From an uncultured archaeon (GTDB lineage Archaea; Asgardarchaeota; Lokiarchaeia; Sigyniarchaeales; SOKP01), in the NCBI GenBank assembly GCA_964508365.1, contig CAZDTP010000006.1:45777-109776 (forward strand): a stretch of DNA of 64,000 bases, written 5' to 3'. The notes beneath the pieces are model-generated. The model saw nothing but the letters and a program-made list of their open reading frames with translations. It was not told where the DNA came from and made no database searches. This document shows, in pieces, positions 39,156 through 47,100 of this stretch (its first letter is position 1; each line of letters begins with the position of its first letter). Made by a program: the position numbers and the translations under genes.

Positions 39156-41045
39156 TTACGCTATAACTCCAATTTTTTTCAGCTGGTTTATTAAAATCTG
39201 GCTTTGCTGGTAATAATGTGTAGAATTATTACTGTCCTTAGCTAATATATCATAATAATCACACATCAATAAGTTCCAACGTATTGCTCTACGGATACCT
39301 GGAATTTCTTTTAAATTAAGCGAAAGTTTTTTTTCAATAGATTTCATTAGATAAAGTGCTTTCTTTGAATCTACTCTATGATGTATATAAAACTCAGCTA
39401 ATTCTAAAACCAAATCATGGAGTATTGGAACGAATTCTTTATCATCAAAATTGATGCCGACTGAATCTATTCCAGCTCTTAAAAGTTTTTGGGCTTGAGA
39501 AAGATTACCTTTAGATTTGTAATTTTTTGCTCGCATAAGATGGTAATTAAGTTTGACTTTAATTGATTTATTACCTAACTGTAAGGCCTTTCTAAAATCC
39601 ATTTTAACACTTGCTAATTTATTTTGCGCTATATGAATTAACCCGATATATAGATAAGCCATTCCTAGAAATTCGTCCTTATCTATAGATGATTCCTCGT
39701 TTTTTAAGAATTTTACGATGATATTAAAATGTTCCTTTGCTTTATCGTATTCTTCCACCTGATAAAGTCTTTTTCCTAAATAATAATGAATTTTAATGAT
39801 ATAATCAACCGGAACCTCTCCTGATTTAGCTACTTCTAAGGCACTTCGTAAATAATTTACAGCCATATCTTCTTGATTGAGTAGTGTAGCAATTTCTCTC
39901 AATTTTAATAATATTGATACAACTACTTTTTTTTGGCGATTTTTATTAAATATTTTTAATGAATCATTTAGGAGTTGAGTTGCCTCATCAAATCGATAAT
40001 TTTTAATTAAAGCTTCAGCGTCAATATAGGAATTAATTGATTTAATAACCTCAAAATTAGTAGGTGGTGTATTAAAAAGGTCGTTATGGATATGATATAA
40101 TTCTCCTTTAGACAATGTGCTTTCATAGTGTAGGGCCGAAAAAGGGAAATTATTCATGCCTGATTCAAAATCGTTTGTATCTATTTCTCTTTTAGGATTA
40201 AACTTGATAAAATCATTTTGATTGATTTTTGCTAAATTAATTATTTCTATTATCGAGTTCAACATCATACGTGAAAATTTAATCCAATTCTCTACATAAG
40301 TTTCAAGACTAAACTCAGCATCGCTAAATAAAGAACTTACAATATATGGAGTATAGGAGTCGAATGATGATCTAATATAGAACTTATTGTATTCTAAATC
40401 TTTAAAAAATGTAAAATACCCTCTTTCTAAAATAAAGAATTCGTCAAAAGGTTCATCGTTAGAAAAAAATAATGTTTCTGATGTTCGGAGCTTTGGTACT
40501 CCTTCTTTTAATTCCCAAGGTAATTTGAAAGTTGGCTTTAATCTAACATTGTCTAAAATATTTACGATTTTATTAGTGTATGTCTTATCAAAATTCTCGA
40601 ATTCATCGCGTTTATTCATAAATGATATACGAATACGATTTAACCATCTGCTATCGTTTTCTTCAGTGATTGTTTCAGGAATTGTTTTATTCAACAATTC
40701 AAGGAGGAGTAACTCCTTACCTTTGATGGGAAAATTGTGTTCTAGTGAAATCTGAAGTGCTAAATCTCTAAGCATTTTCACGATGAATATAATTACTCTG
40801 TCTGTATTTTGATTCAAATCCCATAATTTAAATGCAAGGCTAATTCGGAAACTTACTACTTCAAACGGAAAATTTAGTCTTAAAGGTAGTGTCACAGGAA
40901 ATTTAATCGTGAATAATATCAATTTATCCTTTTTAACACTATATCTAAAATAATTTTCTATAGTTCCGTCTATCTTGAATCCATTTTTCTCGATTGCCTC
41001 TTTTAAATTTACGAGTTCTGTAGACGAAAAAGGTCTAAGCGACAT
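39156..41045 (-). CDS. Hypothetical protein with C-terminal TPR-like repeats
   Basis: IHYYLGKRLYQVEEYDKAKEHF and LGMAYLYIGLIHIA helical pairs. Confidence 0.7.
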   Translation of the reverse strand: MSLRPFSSTELVNLKEAIEKNGFKIDGTIENYFRYSVKKDKLILFTIKFPVTLPLRLNFPFEVVSFRISLAFKLWDLNQNTDRVIIFIVKMLRDLALQISLEHNFPIKGKELLLLELLNKTIPETITEENDSRWLNRIRISFMNKRDEFENFDKTYTNKIVNILDNVRLKPTFKLPWELKEGVPKLRTSETLFFSNDEPFDEFFILERGYFTFFKDLEYNKFYIRSSFDSYTPYIVSSLFSDAEFSLETYVENWIKFSRMMLNSIIEIINLAKINQNDFIKFNPKREIDTNDFESGMNNFPFSALHYESTLSKGELYHIHNDLFNTPPTNFEVIKSINSYIDAEALIKNYRFDEATQLLNDSLKIFNKNRQKKVVVSILLKLREIATLLNQEDMAVNYLRSALEVAKSGEVPVDYIIKIHYYLGKRLYQVEEYDKAKEHFNIIVKFLKNEESSIDKDEFLGMAYLYIGLIHIAQNKLASVKMDFRKALQLGNKSIKVKLNYHLMRAKNYKSKGNLSQAQKLLRAGIDSVGINFDDKEFVPILHDLVLELAEFYIHHRVDSKKALYLMKSIEKKLSLNLKEIPGIRRAIRWNLLMCDYYDILAKDSNNSTHYYQQSQILINQLKKIGVIA

Positions 41046-41189
41046 AAATTAATGATGAAAGTTATTGCTTAATAAACAAATAAAAATTCCGAATATTAAT
41101 TTTTATACATATCCTCATATTAACAATTATAAATAGTTAGATTTATTTGATAATATTGAGGAATAATTAAGAAAACAAGAGGTTTCGAG

Positions 41190-41885
41190 ATGGATATCGC
41201 AAAACTCAACAAAGAACTTAGTTATAAAATTAATAAAGCAAATGGGCTCGAAAAAATTCATAAATATCAAGAAGCTGTAGATTTATGGTTAGAAATTAGC
41301 GAGATGACTCTAAGAGTATCAAAAACGCCAAATCTCGAATTTTCTTACAAATCAATGCTTATTGATAAGACTAAACAAATGATAGAACATATTAAAAACC
41401 TCAAACAAAAACTCATAAGTCAGAGAAGAGTAGAACAACGTATAGAACAGAAGCCTATTCATCAAAATACAGTTTCAGAAATAGAACCAGAACCTACTAT
41501 AAGCGAGACTAAAATCGAATCCATGCCAAATTCAATATCCGAAATCTCGAATGAAACTGAGATAAATATCTCTCAGGATGATTTTAAAGAAGTTAAAGTT
41601 GTGAAAGACAGTGATATTGAAAATCTACCCATTGGATTCAAGGAAATTGAAACTACTGAAGACTTTAAAATTATAACACCTCATGATAAAGACTATCTTT
41701 CGAAGAGAATAAGTCAAGATCACACTTTGGGCAGTTCTAAACAGGAACAGAAAGATGTACAATTACCAAAAAGAATTGAGCCAGATCCGCCCAGTGATAG
41801 ATCAAATATTATTTGTTTCGCTTGTGGGAGTGAAATTTCTTCTAAATCTAGGAAATGCCCCATTTGTGGTACTGATTTAAAATAG
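41190..41885 (+). CDS. MIT-like domain, disordered linker and C-terminal zinc ribbon
   Basis: KANGLEKIHKYQEAVDLW...KTKQMIEHIKNLK three-helix pattern; CFAC...CPIC. Confidence 0.6.
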   Translation: MDIAKLNKELSYKINKANGLEKIHKYQEAVDLWLEISEMTLRVSKTPNLEFSYKSMLIDKTKQMIEHIKNLKQKLISQRRVEQRIEQKPIHQNTVSEIEPEPTISETKIESMPNSISEISNETEINISQDDFKEVKVVKDSDIENLPIGFKEIETTEDFKIITPHDKDYLSKRISQDHTLGSSKQEQKDVQLPKRIEPDPPSDRSNIICFACGSEISSKSRKCPICGTDLK

Positions 41886-41900
41886 CATATGTTTCTATTT

Positions 41901-42584
41901 TTAGAAATTATAGAATTTTCCAGCATTGCTTAAATTGAAAACACCAAATCTCTCAGATCTCTTTCTTTTCAAGGTAAACCACCCCATTCTTGTATCTTTA
42001 AGAGCTAATTGAGTCTTATAAAGAGCCATTATATCATATATTTGATCACGATATTCTGCTATGCGAATTTTTACTTGTTTTTCCATAGGAGCCTTCATTA
42101 CATTATAAATCGCGTACACATAAAATTCGGTATTTACAAGGTTTAATTCTATGGCTGCTTCTTTAGCAATGGAATGTGTTGCTTGATGATCTGGATGATT
42201 ATTATTGTCACTGGGTATCACTATCCGATCTGCATCGTAGATAATCGTTTTAGCAAGAGCTATTCCTCTGCTGATTTGATTCAAAGCGTCTTGATCGTGA
42301 AATTCAAACATATGAACATTTTCATCCGGAAAACCAAAAGCTTTAGCAACTGATTTAGCTTCTTTCAGTCCGATTTGACCGATCTGATCTTCGCTGAAAT
42401 TAATATATTCCTGTGCTTCTTCTATTATAATTTGATTATTCTTTTTGCCCCATGAGATTAAAGCACGATTATCTGTTACATAAACTATATGGACTTCATG
42501 TCCCTCCTTCATCCATTTTAATATTGATCCTCCTGTTCCGTATATTTCATCATCTGGGTGAGGAGCAAATACGACGATCTTCAC
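41901..42584 (-). CDS. PIG-L/LmbE family de-N-acetylase
   Basis: APHPDDE and HPDH motifs. Confidence 0.9.
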   Translation of the reverse strand: MKIVVFAPHPDDEIYGTGGSILKWMKEGHEVHIVYVTDNRALISWGKKNNQIIIEEAQEYINFSEDQIGQIGLKEAKSVAKAFGFPDENVHMFEFHDQDALNQISRGIALAKTIIYDADRIVIPSDNNNHPDHQATHSIAKEAAIELNLVNTEFYVYAIYNVMKAPMEKQVKIRIAEYRDQIYDIMALYKTQLALKDTRMGWFTLKRKRSERFGVFNLSNAGKFYNF

Positions 42585-42599
42585 AATTTACTCTTATTT

Positions 42600-43154
42600 T
42601 CAGTTATTTTGATTTCTATTATATTTAATTTCTTCGTACTTTTCAATTGCTCGGTCCCGCCACACTGTATTCCATTTTTTGAATCCTGATTTAACGTACT
42701 TTTCTCTTTTATAGAAATCGTACGAGACCCAATTAAAAAGAACAAAGTATCTCTTTGCACCGCTTTTAGTTGTTAATCTTTTTGACCTAATTCCTAAATC
42801 GTTACGTAAGTGATTCACAAATCTCAGTTCAACTGCATCTTGAAGTTTTCCCTCAATAATAGCATCTTCGTATAATATACCTTCTTCAATAAAATACGCT
42901 CTTACGTCATCAAAGATATTTCCACGACATAGTAGAACTTTTTCTTTATTTTTATCGAAGTTTAGCTCCTTTAAGCCCTCTTTTACTAAATCAACAGTTC
43001 TCTTTACGGGCATTTTATTTTCCCAGTTTTCTCCTTTAAACAGGTTTACAGGGAGATTTTTAAAAATAGTTTTTTTAGTATTTTTCCGATAAAAACCTAT
43101 AAAAGCATCTCCAACCAAATCTCCAGTTCCGGAATCATCTATTTCAATCGACAT
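42600..43154 (-). CDS. Hypothetical protein, possible RNase H-like fold
   Basis: IEIDDSGTGDLVG resembles the RNase HII N-terminal DEAGRG region. Confidence 0.5.
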   Translation of the reverse strand: MSIEIDDSGTGDLVGDAFIGFYRKNTKKTIFKNLPVNLFKGENWENKMPVKRTVDLVKEGLKELNFDKNKEKVLLCRGNIFDDVRAYFIEEGILYEDAIIEGKLQDAVELRFVNHLRNDLGIRSKRLTTKSGAKRYFVLFNWVSYDFYKREKYVKSGFKKWNTVWRDRAIEKYEEIKYNRNQNN

Positions 43155-43281
43155 TGTTCCGTATTCAAAACTTTTTATAAAAAATAGTAACTATATTATG
43201 ATATTAAAAATAATTTAAAATTCCTTTGAACATTAAGAGATTCGTAGTTAATGGCATTAAATAATTCATAGATAGATATTA

Positions 43282-44076
43282 ATGGAAGTTGAAATTTTAG
43301 TCATCGGGAATGAAATACTTATTGGAAAAACTCAAGATACTAATTCAAATTGGTTAGCTAAAAGAATTGCTAAATATGGTCATAGGCTAAAAAGGATCAC
43401 TGCTATTGAAGACAATATTAAGGTTATTTCAACAACCCTACAAATTACTTTAAAACGCAAACCCAACATCATAATTACAACAGGGGGTCTTGGACCGACC
43501 TTTGATGATATGACATTAGCTGGTGTAGCGAAGGGCTTGAATCGAGAATTAGAACTCAATCAACACGCATATAAATCTATAGAGAAAGCTTACGAATATG
43601 CTTACAAAAGAGGAATTCTGAACCTTAAAGGGATGACGAAGGAAAGAGAAAAGATGAGTTGCCTTCCTCAAGGATCAATACCCCTGCCAAACATCAGAGG
43701 AACTGCTCCAGGAGTTAAATTAACAGAAGGAGATACTACTATTTTTGTACTCCCAGGTGTTCCATCTGAAATGAAAGCAATCTTCCAAACTGTTGTAAAA
43801 CCAATCTTAAAAGAAAAAAGAGGAAAGTTTGTTGAGAAAGGCTTGTTTTTTATGGGTATTGGCGAGTCGCAGATAGCTCCTTATATTACTAGAATCGAAC
43901 ATAAAAACCCCCGACTTTGGATAAAAACTCATCCAAGAATCGGACTTTCATTAGAAGTTGAACTTTCTATAACAGCTTTTAATGTTGAGAACGGAGAAGA
44001 ATTAGCAGAAAAAGCGTTAGATGATATTAGAGAAGTTATCTTAGGTTTAAATGGTAAGATAAGGGAGAGAAAATAG
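43282..44076 (+). CDS. CinA-like molybdopterin-binding domain protein
   Basis: IGNEILIGKTQDTN, TTGGLGPTFDDMT, LPGVPSEM. Confidence 0.9.
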   Translation: MEVEILVIGNEILIGKTQDTNSNWLAKRIAKYGHRLKRITAIEDNIKVISTTLQITLKRKPNIIITTGGLGPTFDDMTLAGVAKGLNRELELNQHAYKSIEKAYEYAYKRGILNLKGMTKEREKMSCLPQGSIPLPNIRGTAPGVKLTEGDTTIFVLPGVPSEMKAIFQTVVKPILKEKRGKFVEKGLFFMGIGESQIAPYITRIEHKNPRLWIKTHPRIGLSLEVELSITAFNVENGEELAEKALDDIREVILGLNGKIRERK

Positions 44077-44077
44077 A

Positions 44078-44812
44078 ATCTAAAATTATAATTACATAAA
44101 TTTAGAGTTTAGGAGAGGCATTTGTATCCTCAATTTCAATCGTCCCGATAAAAAAAACGCCCTTAGCTCTGACATGCGTTCAGAAATAATAGACGCTCTA
44201 CTCTCTCTCTAAGAAGAAAAAAGAATTAGAACAGTTATCTTTTATGGAGGAGAGCAATTCTTTTCCGCTGGATTTGATAGAGACGAAGTTCAAAAAGTCG
44301 TACAAGGTGAAGGTGATTATGAGGAATTCGTAGAATCTAACCATCTTTTCCACCAGACTTTATTTGATTTTCCAAAACTACTCATTGCTGCAATAAATGG
44401 ATATGCTCTCGTAGGAGCATTTGATCTTACTGTAATTTGCCATCTTAGAATTGCTTCCAAGGGAACATTATTTGGCCATCCAGAAATTAGATTTGGGGCT
44501 TGCCCTTTATTTTTCCCATATATGGGTCTTGTAGGTAGAGGTAAAGCTCTTGAACTAACTTTGAATACAGGCTCAAAAGAGAATTTTCTAAGTGCTGAGG
44601 AAGCTTATCGACTAAACATCATAAATAGACTTGTTGAACTGGGTGAAATACTCGAAGAAGTGATTAAGCTAGCAAAAGAAATCAACAAAGCTCCAGAATT
44701 CACAGTTTCACAACTACTTCAAGTTAATAAACTTAATTTTGATAGGGTTAAAACTTTTGATAGTGAAATTGAAATAATACTTAAAAGTATGAAGTCACTA
44801 TTAGGAAAATGA
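44078..44812 (+). pseudogene. Enoyl-CoA hydratase/isomerase (crotonase) pseudogene
   Basis: One frame gives ILNFNRPDKKNALS, SAGFD, AAINGYA and HPEIRFG, but carries a TAA at 44210 and has no start codon; the track only catches 44522..44812. Confidence 0.8.
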
Positions 44813-44984
44813 GTTGAACTTAGACCCTCATAAGAATTTATTCAAATTAAGAGATAATTAGATTACCGAATACATCATAAGCCACTATATTTGCTTTAGC
44901 CGCAGGAGATTTTAAGTAGTTTTTCTAATATTTTAAGTTTTCTTAAAGCCTATTAGGGAGAATTAAGAATCTGTATTATTAACC

Positions 44985-45338
44985 TTATACATACATTCCT
45001 TCAGGGGGAGGTTTTATATTTGTAACTCGATAACTTTGGGAATAAACTTGCCTTAAAATATCCCTGAATCTCATATAACTATTTCGCCAGAACAAATCAC
45101 TAAGATCTATGTTTCTTGGATTATAACCTGCTTGATCGTAAATTTTTCTTCTTTTTGGATCTATTAATGTGTTATAAGCGTCATGTAGCTCTATAAACTT
45201 CTCCTTAGCTTTGGGATCGGATTTATTTAGATCAGGATGATATTTTTTTGCTAATCTCCGATAAGCTAATTTGATTTCTTCTTCAGAGGCGTCTTCTTCG
45301 ATTTCAAGAATTTTATAATAATCTTTATCCTTATCCAT
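44985..45338 (-). CDS. Small J-domain (DnaJ type III) protein
   Basis: DYYKILE...[14 protein letters not shown]. Confidence 0.92.
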   Translation of the reverse strand: MDKDKDYYKILEIEEDASEEEIKLAYRRLAKKYHPDLNKSDPKAKEKFIELHDAYNTLIDPKRRKIYDQAGYNPRNIDLSDLFWRNSYMRFRDILRQVYSQSYRVTNIKPPPEGMYV

Positions 45339-45557
45339 ATTCGTAACTTTGCTTTTTCTTTGTATAAGAAGAAAACGAGGAAATATAAACTTAAGGTCGA
45401 ACTAATATTGAGTATTATTCGTTATTTTATTAAATTTAAAGGTGTTTTCAACTATTTCTTTTTAAAAAATTAATTAAGTAGGGTTATATCTTATTCTAAG
45501 TAGAATGAGATAAGATAATGGTTCGGTAAAAGATTGACGCCGTTGTGCAACGGGCTT

Positions 45558-45598
45558 CTCGATAAGCACCCACATGTGTGTTTTAGCCTATTTCATTG
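45558..45598 (-). promoter_or_regulatory. SECIS-like element in the selD 3' UTR
   Basis: AUGAA-AUAGGC-UAAAAC..mini-stem..GU-GCUUAU-CGAG: AUGA/GA core, 6-bp helix, AAA bulge, 9 nt after the stop. Confidence 0.65.
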
Positions 45599-45604
45599 AC
45601 GTCA

Positions 45605-46636
45605 TTATACTTTACTTATTTCAATCTGTTCAACTTTTTTCGACATCCTAACAAGTTCATTTTCTTTGTTATCAATTGTACCAACAGTCCAATTAGAAAT
45701 GCCATTACTAGAGAGAGCGTTAGAAAAATCCTCTACTTTGCTCGGATCGATAGCTAATAGCATACCGCCAGCCGTTTCAGAGCACAAACAATCGGTAAAA
45801 GCGTATCCTAATTCCTCAGAAAGGTTTTTCGAAAACTTAATTGAAGGAACTGTTTCAATAATAGCAGATAATCCAGAATTTTGTAACATTTCTTTCAAAT
45901 GACCAGACAATCCGAAGCCAGTAACATCAGTCATAGCATGAATAAAAGAGAAATCGTCATATGTGTAAATCGTTTTTACTACGCCTTGATTAGATGTTGT
46001 CATAAGGTTTATGGCTAATTTAATCGAATCACTGAGCTCATTCGATGAATATTCCTCCAGCATATCTGGAAAATCTTTTTGTAACCTATATGCTGCCATA
46101 ATTGCTTGTAATCCAATAGGTTTTGTTAAGATTAATTTATCGCCTTTTTTTACACCGTGTTTCCGGATTAAATTGTTTTTATCGACAAAACCAGATGCTT
46201 CTCCACCAATAAGAGGCCACTCGCTATATATCGTATGACCTCCAACCACTTTGGAGTTTATTTTTTGTTCCATAAACCTGTTAATTCCTCTAAGAATTCC
46301 TTCTGCAATATTCATTGGAGTGTTTTTGTTGATAGCTAAAAACACGAGCATTCCTGAAACTTCTGGAACATTCATCGCAAATATATCATTTGTTACGTTA
46401 CAAGCAGAGATTTCGCCCATAATTTCGGGTTCATCTACAATAGGAGTAAAAATATCAATACTTTTCACTTGAACCAGGTCGGAATTTGGAACGGGCACAA
46501 TAGCAGCATCATCAATAAATCCTTTTAAACCAGTTTTCTCCAGTAATTCTTCTAATTGATTTGCACCAAGTTTACATGATCAACCATAGATTTTAACTTG
46601 CTTTGTCAACCGATATTCCTTTTTTTGTTCAGTCAT
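45605..46636 (-). CDS. selD: Selenophosphate synthetase, selenocysteine-containing (343 aa; Sec19 at TGA 46580..46582)
   Basis: MTEQKKEYRLTKQVKIYG-U-SCKLG continues in frame into DDAAI...DIFTP...NDIFAM...GGHT...DVTGFGL; GAGGTGA directly before the ATG. Confidence 0.93.
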
Positions 46637-47100
46637 TCACCTCACACTTTTTACGATATCCATTTTTATTTAATTCTAATATGTTTTTGATATGAATTAA
46701 TGTTTATTAATTTTTTCGATATTATTTATCAATTGTTTCGATAAGCATCTAAATTCAATTTTAAGATACATATTACACCCATGTTATATCTCCTTTAATT
46801 TACAATTTGGCTTTGAGATTAACTAAGAATCTCTTAAGTAAATTTATGTTATGTTTTATTTCCGGTTAAAACAAAAAAAAATTAAAGATTTCTTCTATCA
46901 AAAGAGAAATTCTTTAGGTGTTACAAATAATTTTATGAAATGGTACTTAAAAGAGTGGAAGCGAATAAATTTTCACAATACTAAAAGTTCGGAAAATTAA
47001 TTCTCAATTAAAATAAAAAACAGGATAAGCTATTCGATGCCGTTGTGCAACGGAATAAGCAATTTTTATTATCTGCCTAGATAAATAATTGAATAAAATA

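Larger units (their letters stand above)
45537..47054. repeat. Two copies of a 19-bp hairpin motif GAYGCCGTTGTGCAACGGR (45537..45555 and 47036..47054)
   Basis: 17/19 identical; CCGTTG/CAACGG palindrome; each lies about 50 nt downstream of a minus-strand stop codon. Confidence 0.75.

Noticed and set aside
45487-45512. 11-bp inverted repeat TATCTTATTCT/AGAATGAGATA
   Set aside because: AT-rich single copy; ordinary terminator or chance
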